DNA from: a virus
Strand: one strand, 5' to 3'
Length of the DNA stretch: 64,000 bases
IMG/VR virus record: IMGVR_UViG_3300033571_010557
Coordinates: 3,367-67,366 of that record
A program made the translations under genes and the position numbers. This document shows positions 18,070-28,003 of the stretch, one piece after another. The notes below the pieces were generated by a model. It was given only the letters and a program-made list of their open reading frames with translations. It made no database searches and was not told the DNA's origin. How positions within the stretch are numbered: position 1 is the first letter of the stretch; each line of letters begins with the position of its first letter.

Positions 18070-20088
18070 ATGCCGAAGCAATTACTAACAGAGAGAGAAA
18101 ACCCCTTTCCTTTTAAGCCGATAGGGTCTCCAGTCATCACTGAAAGTATAGGTGACAATGGCTCTCCTACTCAAATAATAAGAGCTACTGGTGTTTTCCA
18201 AAACTACCTCAGAGAAAACTCTAACGGTAGAATCTACCCGAAGTCGATCTGGGACAGGATTCTCAAAGAGGATTCAGACTTCATGAGGAAAATTAAGGAA
18301 AGGGGAGTGTTAGGAGTCATAGAACATCCGGATGATGGTCAGACTCACCTCAAGTATATTTCTCACGTGATAACCGAGGTTAGGTATGCAACACCTCAGG
18401 AAATCGCGTCAAGCAACGGTCAGATAGTTGAAGGTGACATTGTAGGAACCTACGAAACCCTCCCTTACGGTGACGGCGTCTATCTGGCCGGTCTCCACAA
18501 GTCAAAAGTAAGTTTTGGTATCTCATCAAGGGGCCAGGGCAATGTCGTCGAGAGGAACGGTAAGAAAATCGTTGAGGACGATTTTGACCTTGAGACGTGG
18601 GATGTGGTTTATAACCCTTCCGTGAAACATGCGAGACCACGTGCCGTGGAAGAATCTTCAAAGAAGGAAGGGGGCCTTACCGAGGCCACTCTAAAGGAGG
18701 GTGACGCTCAACCGGGCTATGATCTTCCGGTTGAAACCCATGAAGATCTTATAGACGCGCTCTCCATGATGGGCTTCGAGTCGGAAGATGGGATCAGGTT
18801 CCGCAAGGACGGGAACGACCAAAAAGTAACGTGCTCTATTGAAAGCAACTGGGTTTCCTACGACCGCGAGTTCCCGGAGGACTACACAGTTAACTGCGCT
18901 GGAGCAGTTCACACTTTTAATTCTCCTGCCGAAGTTTGGCAGTTTATCTCTTCAAAGGAGACAGTCCTTGAGAGATTCAATCCAGGTCTCCTCTTCAAAT
19001 CCCGTGCTCTAGCCCGTCATCGAAAAGATGACAAGAAGGAGCGCAAAGATAAGGAGGAGGTCTCAGAATCCACCCACACACCTACCATGACCAAATACGA
19101 AGAACTCCGCTCCATCAAAGGCGGAATCATCCGTCTCCTCCAGACGGAAACCAAGAAGCTCAAGGCGTCCGATAAGGCTGCTATCCTTGAGGAAATCACC
19201 AACAGTCGCATGAAAATCGACGGCATTATCGCCGAAGATAAGTCTCTCACGACCGAAGGCCAGAAGCTTCTGAAGAGGCTCCAGGAATTCGAAGACGTGG
19301 TTGATGCTCCTGAAGCTCCTGAAGCTCCTGAAGCTCCTGAAGCTCCTGAATCACCGGAAGTAGAAGCTCCTCTCCCCGAAGAGGCAAAAGAAGTCATCTC
19401 TAAAGCTGCCGAAATGCTCAAGGACCTCGGCGGCGATAGCGAAGAAGCCCAACAGGCCGCTGAAGAACTCGAAGCCCTCTGCGGCTGCGAAGGCGGCGAA
19501 GTTGGCGGCGAAGATGAAGAAACCGATTTCGTGGATAGCATCCCGGTCGCGGAAAGTAAGGTCAAGGCCATTGGCTTTGTCAAGAGATACCGCACCCTGG
19601 AAGCTATCCACAAAGCAACCCTCGTCTCAGCAAATCGTTTGCTGGAAAAGGTTCGCGAAGGGAAGACCAAAAGCATCAGCGAGTCTGCTGCCAACCGTAA
19701 GGAACTTCGTGAGTACAAGGAAGCGGCCACTGAGCTTGCTGAAATGTACAACCAGGACATGATCGCAGTAAGTCTGAAACTGCTTGAAGCCACGAAACCC
19801 GAGTTCTACGCCGGAAACGCCGAAAAGCTCAAGGGTATCAAAAACTACAAGAAGTTCACTGAGGCGGTCGAGGATGCACTCACCAAGACTCCTGCTCCTA
19901 AGAAGGTGGCCGAGTCCAAGGAACAGAAGAAGGAGCCTCTCAAGGAGTCCAAGGAACCCGTCAAGGAGTCCAAGGAACCCGTCAAGGAGTCCAAGGAACC
20001 CGTCAAGGAGTCCAAGGAAGAGCCTAAGAAGCTTACCGAATCTGTTCACCCCGCTCTTGCAATGGTGCAACGCACTCGTCGCAAGTAA
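18070..20088 (+). CDS. Prohead core protease (gp21-like) fused to an acidic scaffold-like region
   Basis: NSNGRIYP, GVIEHP, GISSRGQG, WDVVYNPS; C-terminal Glu/Lys-rich helices; directly upstream of the capsid gene. Confidence 0.88.
   Translation: MPKQLLTERENPFPFKPIGSPVITESIGDNGSPTQIIRATGVFQNYLRENSNGRIYPKSIWDRILKEDSDFMRKIKERGVLGVIEHPDDGQTHLKYISHVITEVRYATPQEIASSNGQIVEGDIVGTYETLPYGDGVYLAGLHKSKVSFGISSRGQGNVVERNGKKIVEDDFDLETWDVVYNPSVKHARPRAVEESSKKEGGLTEATLKEGDAQPGYDLPVETHEDLIDALSMMGFESEDGIRFRKDGNDQKVTCSIESNWVSYDREFPEDYTVNCAGAVHTFNSPAEVWQFISSKETVLERFNPGLLFKSRALARHRKDDKKERKDKEEVSESTHTPTMTKYEELRSIKGGIIRLLQTETKKLKASDKAAILEEITNSRMKIDGIIAEDKSLTTEGQKLLKRLQEFEDVVDAPEAPEAPEAPEAPESPEVEAPLPEEAKEVISKAAEMLKDLGGDSEEAQQAAEELEALCGCEGGEVGGEDEETDFVDSIPVAESKVKAIGFVKRYRTLEAIHKATLVSANRLLEKVREGKTKSISESAANRKELREYKEAATELAEMYNQDMIAVSLKLLEATKPEFYAGNAEKLKGIKNYKKFTEAVEDALTKTPAPKKVAESKEQKKEPLKESKEPVKESKEPVKESKEPVKESKEEPKKLTESVHPALAMVQRTRRK
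19306..19350 (+). repeat. In-frame tandem repeat (GCTCCTGAA)x5 encoding APE x5
   Basis: Read directly. Confidence 0.95.
19940..20019 (+). repeat. In-frame 21-bp tandem repeat, about 3.8 copies (KESKEPV)
   Basis: TCAAGGAGTCCAAGGAACCCG repeated. Confidence 0.95.
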
Positions 20089-20121
20089 CCCACCAAACCA
20101 ACACCACATATATACGACTCC

Positions 20122-21564
20122 ATGAAAGGAATCATCGCTCAAGACGTCACTCGCATGCTGAAGAGAGGCCTTAGCCTCTCCGAACGCACTATGGGGGGCG
20201 TCCTCTCTGAATCCAACGGTTCGTTAGTGAAGGCAGAAGGCTGGAAGGAAATGGTAGAGTCCATCTCCAATCCTGAACGCCGCGCTTTCGTTGCGAACAT
20301 GCTGGAAAACTACCGTCAGGCTCGCCAGCAGCTTGATGAAACCACCACCTCGCTGACTGTCGGTAACTTCGACAAGTACGCCTTCCCGCTCATCTCCATC
20401 GTCTCGGAGAATATGATCGCGCAGGATCTTGTTTCGGTTCAGCCGATCGAAGGCCCGTCCGGTCACATCTTCTTCGTCAACCTCGTTACTGGTCAGACGA
20501 AGGGCAACGTGCCTAAGGGTACCCCAATCTGGGACGCCCGTACTGGCCGTGCTGATCGCTCGGATACCTCTGATGACGCCATCAATGAGGAACACGTCGG
20601 CACTTCAGGTGAAGACGGCTCCCTCGCCGATGTCAACCTGTCCTACACCCCTGTCGTTCCCGGCACGGTTACGGTGCAGTCTGACGACGGTAGCGTTGTT
20701 TACCGTGACAATGGCAATGGCACCCTCCTCAGCGGTGCTACCACCGTTGGTACTGTGGACTACAACACTGGCGCGGTTACGTTGAATACCAGTGCTGCTG
20801 CAGACACCGTCTTCACGGCGAGCTACAACACCAACACCGAACTCAACGGTGAGGCCCAGATGCTCGACATCGAAATCCAGCACGCCCCGGTGTTCGCCAA
20901 GGAACGCAAGATGCGCATCCGCTGGTCCACGGAAGCCGCTCAGATCATGGATGCCCTGCATTCCGTGAACGCTGAGAATCTCCTGACGACCTCGGTGACC
21001 AACAACATCAACTGGGAAATCGATCGCGAGATCATCGAGGACCTCCGTCGTGGTGCCTCCGCTGGTACCGTGAACTGGAGCGCTACTCCTCCTACTGGTC
21101 AGACCATCGGTTATCAGGAGCACAAGCTCTCGTTCGTTGACGCTCTGGTGTACGCCTCCGGTTACATCAGCCGCGCCACGAACCGCGTTCGTGCAAACTG
21201 GGTTGTCGCCGGTCAGAACGGTGCCAACGTCATCGAAACCCTGCCTCAGTTCGAACCCTCCGATGCGGATCTTACCGAAATCGAAGGTGTTTGCTACCTC
21301 GGCAACCTTGGTCGCCTCAAGGTTTACGCTGATCCGCACTACGTCCAAAACGAGTGCCTTGTCGGCTACAAGGGTAAGGACTTCACCCGTGCGGGCTACG
21401 TTTACGCCCCATGGCTGCTCCTGTTCTCGACTCCGACCATCACCCTCGACGACTTCATCAATCGTAAGGGTATGGCATCGAGCTACGGCAAGAAGATGAT
21501 CAACAGCCGCTTCTACTCCAAGATCAAGCTGTCGAATTTCTCTGACCAGTTTGGGGAAGCCTAA
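20122..21564 (+). CDS. Major capsid protein, T4 gp23-like
   Basis: DLVSVQP..GPSG.IF, AKERKMRIRWS.E.AQ, EIDREII, YVYAPW; strong codon bias. Confidence 0.93.
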   Translation: MKGIIAQDVTRMLKRGLSLSERTMGGVLSESNGSLVKAEGWKEMVESISNPERRAFVANMLENYRQARQQLDETTTSLTVGNFDKYAFPLISIVSENMIAQDLVSVQPIEGPSGHIFFVNLVTGQTKGNVPKGTPIWDARTGRADRSDTSDDAINEEHVGTSGEDGSLADVNLSYTPVVPGTVTVQSDDGSVVYRDNGNGTLLSGATTVGTVDYNTGAVTLNTSAAADTVFTASYNTNTELNGEAQMLDIEIQHAPVFAKERKMRIRWSTEAAQIMDALHSVNAENLLTTSVTNNINWEIDREIIEDLRRGASAGTVNWSATPPTGQTIGYQEHKLSFVDALVYASGYISRATNRVRANWVVAGQNGANVIETLPQFEPSDADLTEIEGVCYLGNLGRLKVYADPHYVQNECLVGYKGKDFTRAGYVYAPWLLLFSTPTITLDDFINRKGMASSYGKKMINSRFYSKIKLSNFSDQFGEA

Positions 21565-21590
21565 TCGATCACGACCGATAAAATAACTTG

Positions 21591-21622
21591 GCGGCGTTCT
21601 CGAAAGGGAACGCCGCTTTTTT
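21591..21622 (+). terminator. Intrinsic terminator
   Basis: GCGGCGTTCTC-GAAA-GGGAACGCCGC followed by TTTTTT. Confidence 0.9.
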
Positions 21623-21637
21623 ACATCTAAAAAGTAC

Positions 21638-21666
21638 TTGACAAGACTCATGTGGTATGTTAAAGT
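21638..21666 (+). promoter_or_regulatory. Early promoter
   Basis: TTGACA-17-TAAAGT, ATG at 21672. Confidence 0.75.
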
Positions 21667-21671
21667 ACGGC

Positions 21672-22151
21672 ATGGAAAACGTTATTACTAGGTATTTCTT
21701 CAAAATTTGGTGCAAGACCACCAAGCGGCCTTCGGGAGTTGGATTCAACGCTGGCGTTATGACCTTCGCCAGTCCAGAACAAGCCATCGAGTGGAGGGAG
21801 AAGCATCCAGAAGATTTTCTCCCTAAAACTGAGACCTTCGCCAAGCATCTTGACTGTAGCAGGGTGTTCCTCGTGAGGTCCAAGGTCATTGATACTATCG
21901 TTGAATGTGACTCCCTCAACGCTGACTCCTTCAAGGAGGATGACTCTAATGATCTAGAGGAGGTTCACGCCCTGCGTGCTGCCCGAATTGCGTACGCTAA
22001 GGAGTTTCCGTACAGGGATGGCGAGCCTGATGTCGGGAGTATTCACGAGAACATTCGTGATTTGAAAAAGAAGTTTAATCGTCTGAACGATGAATATAAC
22101 CAACTTCGACGCCACCATAACCAACACTGCCACTGCTCTGAAATCTACTAA
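21672..22151 (+). CDS. Hypothetical protein
   Basis: ORF behind the promoter. Confidence 0.7.
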   Translation: MENVITRYFFKIWCKTTKRPSGVGFNAGVMTFASPEQAIEWREKHPEDFLPKTETFAKHLDCSRVFLVRSKVIDTIVECDSLNADSFKEDDSNDLEEVHALRAARIAYAKEFPYRDGEPDVGSIHENIRDLKKKFNRLNDEYNQLRRHHNQHCHCSEIY

Positions 22152-22152
22152 C

Positions 22153-22407
22153 ATGAACGACGACCCAGCTGTCAGGGATGAGGAACTAGAGTCACTACTT
22201 ACTAAGGCTTATCAGAAGCTTCACAAATGTGTGACCGAGATTGGCAAGTTCAATGAAGCCTCACGAGTAGGGAGAAACTCCCCATGCCCCTGTGGTTCCG
22301 GAGATAAAGTCAAGAGGTGTTGCGCAAGTAATGACAACCTGCCCTCTATCAATAAGAGCAGGGGAATCGCCAACTCAATACTGAGAGCTTTTGTTTCATC
22401 CCATTAG
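22153..22407 (+). CDS. SEC-C motif protein
   Basis: VGRNSPCPCGSGDKVKRCC. Confidence 0.8.
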   Translation: MNDDPAVRDEELESLLTKAYQKLHKCVTEIGKFNEASRVGRNSPCPCGSGDKVKRCCASNDNLPSINKSRGIANSILRAFVSSH

Positions 22408-22511
22408 TTATCTATGGAGACTATTATGAAATGCTTAGCTGTTTATCTTTTGCTATCCGTAGTCTCTCTTTTCTTTTGGAATTTAATAATTCCTCCAAAG
22501 GATAATGAGTC

Positions 22512-22790
22512 ATGAATGCAGTGATACTGGAGGAGGATGGCTTACTTAAATTCTGGTGCCCAGGATGTGACTCAGTACACCGCGTAAGAATCGATCATAG
22601 AATCGGTTGGAACAATAACCCGCACAAGCCGACGCTCCCCCAGTCCCTGTTACTTTGGCTTGATCTAGTTGGTGGACCTGTTCAATGTCATTCTATGATT
22701 TCGGAGGGTAATATAAGATTCCTACCAGACTCGATCCATAATATGGCTGGCCAGACTGTTAGGCTACCACCGTTTCCGGAAGGACACTAG
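22512..22790 (+). CDS. DUF6527-like small Cys/His protein
   Basis: FWCPGC..H, WN....PT...S, CHS.I..G.I.FL.D..H..AGQTV. Confidence 0.65.
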   Translation: MNAVILEEDGLLKFWCPGCDSVHRVRIDHRIGWNNNPHKPTLPQSLLLWLDLVGGPVQCHSMISEGNIRFLPDSIHNMAGQTVRLPPFPEGH

Positions 22791-22821
22791 TTCAACCTGC
22801 GGAGGTACGGATGAATGAATC

Positions 22822-22850
22822 TTGACAGATTTTTACATCTGTGTTATAAT
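22822..22850 (+). promoter_or_regulatory. Early promoter, perfect consensus
   Basis: TTGACA-17-TATAAT with TG, ATG at 22856. Confidence 0.85.
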
Positions 22851-22855
22851 GGGAC

Positions 22856-23452
22856 ATGGAACCACCTACTTTCCCATGTCGTCCAATCAACTGCGGCAAA
22901 TTGACTATCGCTCGTCCGAAAATAGGTGAGTTCTGGGTTGAACCGAAGATCACTGGCATGCGTGTCGTTCTTCACGTTCCCACAGGTCAGATGTGGACTC
23001 GCCACGGTACTACTGTTTCTAATCCCAAGTGGTTTACGGAAGCGTCAAAAAAGATAAAGGACGTCCTTCCTAATGAGGAATGGTTGGATTGTGAGGGTCT
23101 CTATCAGGCCCATAACGTAGGTAAGGGAACCCTCGTCGTTCTTGATTCTATCGTGAAGGACGAGAGCATCGAGAAACGCCGCGAAAGGTTCTCCATCCTC
23201 CCAGAAATGCCGATCACTAACGACATCAAGGGAAACGAGGTATATCGTATCCCATCTTTCGATTGGAAGTCAGAAGCGAGGATGCTTTGGGACAGGCTTC
23301 TAAGTCTCGGTGATGACTGGGTCAAGAGAGGTAACGGTAGTGTTCCTCTTTTCGAGGGAGTAGTAGCTAAGAAGAAGAATTCCAGTTACGCGTTCCAAAA
23401 TATAGACCCAAAACGCGAAACACCGATCTGGCAAAAACACCGATTCGCATGA
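22856..23452 (+). CDS. Stand-alone ATP-dependent ligase-type nucleotidyltransferase domain
   Basis: EPKITG.R (motif I variant), LDCE, EGVVAK, W.K. Confidence 0.7.
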   Translation: MEPPTFPCRPINCGKLTIARPKIGEFWVEPKITGMRVVLHVPTGQMWTRHGTTVSNPKWFTEASKKIKDVLPNEEWLDCEGLYQAHNVGKGTLVVLDSIVKDESIEKRRERFSILPEMPITNDIKGNEVYRIPSFDWKSEARMLWDRLLSLGDDWVKRGNGSVPLFEGVVAKKKNSSYAFQNIDPKRETPIWQKHRFA

Positions 23453-23763
23453 ATTCAACACCGATGGCATCATATATCACTCTAACAAAAGAAGGTCAAA
23501 CTGAATTACTCGACCGAGTTGATGCACCGTCGCCATACAAGGTCGCCAATTGTAAGACTCCAGAAGAGGGGGAAAGGCTTCGACGTGGGCAAACTCGCCG
23601 TAGTATACGCAACAGAAACCTTGCTCGTGTCATCGGGATGGAAGCTAGGGTAATTGGGGTGCGGGCTTCTGATGGTCTTCACCTAATTAAATTCGACGGA
23701 GTCAGCGAGCATTACGGCGTTCCGCTGTCGAGTGTTGCGACGAAAAGGGAAGCTTTTGTATAA
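23449..23763 (+). CDS. Hypothetical protein
   Basis: ATGA-coupled ORF. Confidence 0.65.
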   Translation: MNSTPMASYITLTKEGQTELLDRVDAPSPYKVANCKTPEEGERLRRGQTRRSIRNRNLARVIGMEARVIGVRASDGLHLIKFDGVSEHYGVPLSSVATKREAFV

Positions 23764-23782
23764 GGCAGGTGGATTCAGGCAC

Positions 23783-23811
23783 TTGACAAAATTAAGCTTT
23801 TGTGTTAAAAT
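23783..23811 (+). promoter_or_regulatory. Early promoter
   Basis: TTGACA-17-TAAAAT, ATG at 23817. Confidence 0.8.
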
Positions 23812-23816
23812 GGGTC

Positions 23817-23963
23817 ATGGCTTCCACTAACCCATTCCCCTCCGACTTCGACTTCGAAACCTACGAGAACTGGCTCGATGAACTTGGTGATGACCTCATC
23901 GTTTCGGAATACGAAGCTAGGGATCATTACAACATGATGGTGAAATTCGGACCAGAGCGGTGA
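23817..23963 (+). CDS. Small acidic early protein (48 aa, not in the ORF track)
   Basis: MASTNPFPSDFDFETYENWLDELGDD..., behind its own promoter. Confidence 0.65.
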   Translation: MASTNPFPSDFDFETYENWLDELGDDLIVSEYEARDHYNMMVKFGPER

Positions 23964-23964
23964 T

Positions 23965-24354
23965 TTAGTCTCCGATTATCTCTCCAGTGTTCTGCTTAAC
24001 CTTCTTCATGTCCAGTTTATCATCAAGCAGTCCTATCATCTGAGGGTCTTTCTCATTGGTGATAGGAAAGGTTTTGCCGAAGTGTTTCCTGCAGAAATCT
24101 CTGATAGCTTCTCTGGCCTCGTCTTCTTCGTCAGGGTTTGATACCCTGGCCGTGAATATCTTTACCTTCCTTCCGGATTTTAGAAGGCCCTTAACGAAGT
24201 TTATAGACTTCTGAATTGGTTTACCAACATGGCCGGGTCCACGCCACTCGTCGTATGTGGCAAGAGTCCCGTCGAAATCAATTCCGAACCATTCTTCGTT
24301 GTCGGATTCGGAGAGAAGAAGGTCTATAACTTTGATGGACTCAATGATCATCAA
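23965..24354 (-). CDS. HAD-family phosphatase-like protein
   Basis: GIDFDGTL, IFTAR, K, LDD motifs. Confidence 0.8.
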   Translation of the reverse strand: MMIIESIKVIDLLLSESDNEEWFGIDFDGTLATYDEWRGPGHVGKPIQKSINFVKGLLKSGRKVKIFTARVSNPDEEDEAREAIRDFCRKHFGKTFPITNEKDPQMIGLLDDKLDMKKVKQNTGEIIGD

Positions 24355-24359
24355 AATAT

Positions 24360-25082
24360 TTACTCATCCTCGATTATCCTAACGATCTTATCAATCTTCT
24401 CCTTAGGAAGCCTAAGAGTTCCTATGTGGAGCAGCATATCATCAGACCCGCTGACATGCGACAAAAGGTATCCCTTACCAGTGGTGGACACTTCCTTTTC
24501 AGACTTCTGTGAAGCGTATACTGGTGCCTTCTTCGGTTGTTCACTCGGGACTCCCGATCTTTTGATAGCCCTGTTAACCACACTCTTATACGAGGGGATT
24601 CCGTTGGCGCGAGGGGCAAACATGATGTGATGAGGATAGCCATTCCTACCTATCTTAAATTTGGTAGAGTATTCAATCACCTCCGACGAAACAAGATGCG
24701 GGACGAATCTGTTAGGGGAAGTCTTCACATCAGCTTCTTCGATAACCACCCCAACAATAAGGGATCTCAGGTCTACACCTGTAAGATCGATGCACCCCGT
24801 TTTAACGAGTTCCTTCATGTATTCCTTCGCTTTCTCCTCGTGGGGGAACGACTTGACAACCACCTTGTTATTCGGGTCTAGATAAACAGCCTTGGAACTA
24901 TCCCCTGGAGGTTCTCCAATAGCGATAGCGTATACTTGGTTATCAAGCTTGTCATGATATTCGAAGTTGTCATCGACTTCAACCCATGGTACCTTGGTTT
25001 GTTTTTGCACCTCCGCCAGTAGCGCTTGCTTCCACCTTTTAACTTCCTGCACGGCATCTTCGAAACTCATCATAGTGTTCAT
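24360..25082 (-). CDS. Hypothetical protein
   Basis: 240-aa ORF; TTGACA-16-TAAAAT on the minus strand at 25138-25111. Confidence 0.75.
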   Translation of the reverse strand: MNTMMSFEDAVQEVKRWKQALLAEVQKQTKVPWVEVDDNFEYHDKLDNQVYAIAIGEPPGDSSKAVYLDPNNKVVVKSFPHEEKAKEYMKELVKTGCIDLTGVDLRSLIVGVVIEEADVKTSPNRFVPHLVSSEVIEYSTKFKIGRNGYPHHIMFAPRANGIPSYKSVVNRAIKRSGVPSEQPKKAPVYASQKSEKEVSTTGKGYLLSHVSGSDDMLLHIGTLRLPKEKIDKIVRIIEDE

Positions 25083-25134
25083 GTTTAGTTAGAAATCAGT
25101 TAGCTCAACTATTTTAACCAGAGATTCACTCTTG

Positions 25135-25629
25135 TCAAGTCTTTTGTTCCAAGAGCTTGCTTTTCAAGGTGAGAGCTAGGTTTCTAATTCTCTGACGCTG
25201 CTCTGGTGAGAGTTGAGTTGCTGCGTTTCTCTTCACTTGAGTCTCTTCACCAGCTGCAACCTTCATCCCCTCTGGAGACGAAATGGTAGGACTTTTTGCT
25301 TTCGAAACTATAAACTCAACGGAAACCTGAAGCTCTTTCGAATAGTGTTTTAGAAGTTCCAGCCGTTCTTCCTCACCAAGGCTCACAATCTCCGAATCAG
25401 GCGGTATTATAGTATCTTCTATGAGTTCTACTAGCCTACTTAACTTCTTTGCCCTTGACATATGATACTTGACCAACCCGATCTGAGTTAAGTCAACCCT
25501 GGCCTGAACGTTATTCAGAAACCAGTGTATCTGTTGAACCAATGACACTGATGGCGTTGCACCCTCAGATATGGTATCTATCAGATCCCCTAAGAATTTC
25601 GTTCCGGATTTTTTCTCTTCTTCTTGCAT
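25135..25629 (-). CDS. Hypothetical helical protein
   Basis: 164-aa ORF. Confidence 0.75.
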   Translation of the reverse strand: MQEEEKKSGTKFLGDLIDTISEGATPSVSLVQQIHWFLNNVQARVDLTQIGLVKYHMSRAKKLSRLVELIEDTIIPPDSEIVSLGEEERLELLKHYSKELQVSVEFIVSKAKSPTISSPEGMKVAAGEETQVKRNAATQLSPEQRQRIRNLALTLKSKLLEQKT

Positions 25630-25640
25630 TCTTATAATTT

Positions 25641-25802
25641 ATGGAAGAGAATGCAAAATACTTCGTAGTCGATTCCGAAACGGGTCGGAAGGTCAATCAG
25701 AAAGCCCTCCCGTTGGAAGAAGCCAAAGCCTTTATAGAGAAGAAACTTACGGAGTCATCCGGAAGTCAAAAACTGATCCTTAAACAATACCTTGTCGAGT
25801 GA
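25641..25802 (+). CDS. Small hypothetical protein (53 aa, not in the ORF track)
   Basis: MEENAKYFVVDSETGRKVNQK...LVE. Confidence 0.6.
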   Translation: MEENAKYFVVDSETGRKVNQKALPLEEAKAFIEKKLTESSGSQKLILKQYLVE

Positions 25803-26063
25803 ACAGGAGATAGATGTACATTATCTGATCAGGGAACTAAAGGACTCCCTGAGGGGTATAGACAAACTGCCTAAGGGGACACGCGGGAAGTACTTCCGTT
25901 CATATCTTAACGAATTAATAAGGACGTGCGTCAAAATTCCGATGGACCTGAGCGATGACCGTCCTCCTATAAGATGGAATTCGGACATTATATCAGATTG
26001 CTTGTTAATCGCCTCAAGAGGGTTGGATCATGTTATCATCAACCGCATTCTAAAGAAGCACGT

Positions 26064-26591
26064 ATGACACCAATAGGCTATTACAACCCGTTCCAGCATC
26101 CAGTATCATTCACCGGTTCCAAGGGGAACATGATCGAGGTATCTCCTAACACCCCGGTAACTGACAAAGACGGGTTTCTTATCGCATCCTCTCCGGTCCT
26201 CGACAAGCAGGTGTCAGACGGAGTGCTGAAGAGAATTTACGACACTCACCCAAACTTCCGCGATCACGATAAGAAGGTAGAGAAGAAGAAAGGCGTGACT
26301 AGATTCACGAAGGCGCAAGTGGATCAAATGCCCATACAGGAAGTCGCCAAAATAACAAAGAACTCTCCCCCTCAGAAGAAAAATAAAGCCCCACCGTAAC
26401 TCCTGCTTGATAGCAGGATTGGGGTGGTTGAATTGGGTGGATGGAAGATTCCTGAGGATGCTGAGGTCGGGGAGGACGGAACCGTTAAGTATAAGAACAA
26501 AAGATTCGCTTCTACAACGGCTCTCAAAGCTTATATGGCTAGTTCCCGAGACAACAGCCCAAACCCTCTTTCAGTTCCAATTAAGTCATGA
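26064..26591 (+). pseudogene. ORF interrupted by one in-frame TAA at 26397-26399
   Basis: Same frame continues for 63 sense codons to a TGA overlapping the next ATG. Confidence 0.5.
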
Positions 26592-26857
26592 AAAAGAAGA
26601 AGAACCAAGTGACTCCTAAGGTGGAATCAGAAGTAGCTACCGTAGAAGTACCTGCACAGAAGGAGGAGTACGTTCACATAAAGAACAACTCCAATCAGGT
26701 TGTCGCTGTCAACATCAGAAAGAAGGACGGTAAGCTGATCGGAATACAGTTAGACGCCAATGCTTCTAGGCAATGGCCGAAGCTCTCCGACTACGGTCCT
26801 GACGCCTCTCGACTGATAGCTAGGAAAGTCATAAGGCTCGATCCGGTTAAGACCTAG
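26588..26857 (+). CDS. Hypothetical protein
   Basis: 89-aa ORF. Confidence 0.7.
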   Translation: MKKKKNQVTPKVESEVATVEVPAQKEEYVHIKNNSNQVVAVNIRKKDGKLIGIQLDANASRQWPKLSDYGPDASRLIARKVIRLDPVKT

Positions 26858-26865
26858 TTATAAAC

Positions 26866-27999
26866 ATGGTAATACCGTTAATAAGACTAGACAATGTCTT
26901 CCCGGCAACTTGGGAATCAGTTTGGGGAGGCATCCATCCGGAACCATATGACCCCTATTTGGACTCAGAGTCTAGGGTTAGGTTCATTGACGGTCAGGAC
27001 CCAGTAAACTATTTTACGGCGCAGAGATTCCAGGGAGACCTTTTTAAGAGAGACCTTCTACAAGCGGAGACATCAAGGAGAATAATTGATTATCTCTCGG
27101 CTCGACAGGGCTATTTTTTCAACATCCCGTCAGTGACGCTTCAACCTGACACCTATATCCCATTGGGGGCGATGATGGGTACTGATCAGATTGAGGGTTA
27201 TTATCTGGTAGCCTACGTCTGCAACGTTGATTATGGTCTAATATCCGACATCGAGTTGAGAATCGTAGATCAGGACACCGGAGCGGTCTTATCTCATTTC
27301 AACCCAACTGGTGAACAGAATCTAGTGTGGGCTGTTGGGACCTCCCGAATAAACAATGAGAGGGGTAAGTTAGTAGATAACTTCGAGATACGTCTATACA
27401 ATAAGGGATGTGAAGACTTAGTCACCGTCCAAGCTGGCGTTGTCCTATCTCCAAAGATAAACTGGGATGGTCTTAATGCCTCCTCTTACAGTGAAGACAC
27501 AGCTACTTCAATAAGTGAGGATACCCCAACTCCGATACTTCCTGAACCGCCTACTCCCACTTCTGCCGCTCCTGATTTATTGGCTGATACCGTCTGGCTT
27601 GACTCCCTATGGAAACTCATGCAGCAAAGGACTTACCCAGTAGGAGAGTTGTGCATAACTAGAAGGGGAGGAAACCCATCCTCCTGGCTCGGGTTCGGTG
27701 CTTGGGAGTTGTATGGTCAAGGTAGGGCTATCGTGGGCTACGACCCATCCGATTCCGACTTTAATCTCTTGGATAAGATTGGTGGTTCTAAGACCCACAC
27801 GCTGTCCATAAACGAAATGCCTTCTCATAATCATTCGATACTACTAGGGGCCGGATCAGTTACAGCAGCAGTATATAACGGGTCAAATGGGAACGTGACA
27901 ATTGCTGATACGACTTCTATTCAGAATTCGGGAGGTGGTCAAGCCCACAATAACCTCCAGCCGTACATAACGGTTTACGTGTGGAAGAGAATAGCATAA
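26866..27999 (+). CDS. Baseplate/fibre protein with gp10-C-terminal/collar-like domain
   Basis: YPVG...NP...GFG.W...GR..VG...GGSKTHTL...EMPSHNH...NNLQPY. Confidence 0.8.
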   Translation: MVIPLIRLDNVFPATWESVWGGIHPEPYDPYLDSESRVRFIDGQDPVNYFTAQRFQGDLFKRDLLQAETSRRIIDYLSARQGYFFNIPSVTLQPDTYIPLGAMMGTDQIEGYYLVAYVCNVDYGLISDIELRIVDQDTGAVLSHFNPTGEQNLVWAVGTSRINNERGKLVDNFEIRLYNKGCEDLVTVQAGVVLSPKINWDGLNASSYSEDTATSISEDTPTPILPEPPTPTSAAPDLLADTVWLDSLWKLMQQRTYPVGELCITRRGGNPSSWLGFGAWELYGQGRAIVGYDPSDSDFNLLDKIGGSKTHTLSINEMPSHNHSILLGAGSVTAAVYNGSNGNVTIADTTSIQNSGGGQAHNNLQPYITVYVWKRIA

Positions 28000-28003
28000 T
28001 ACC

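Noticed and set aside
20605-21651. Long minus-strand ORFs (also 19017-19793, 34994-35794, 57443-58576)
   Set aside because: Antisense shadows of strongly codon-biased plus-strand genes
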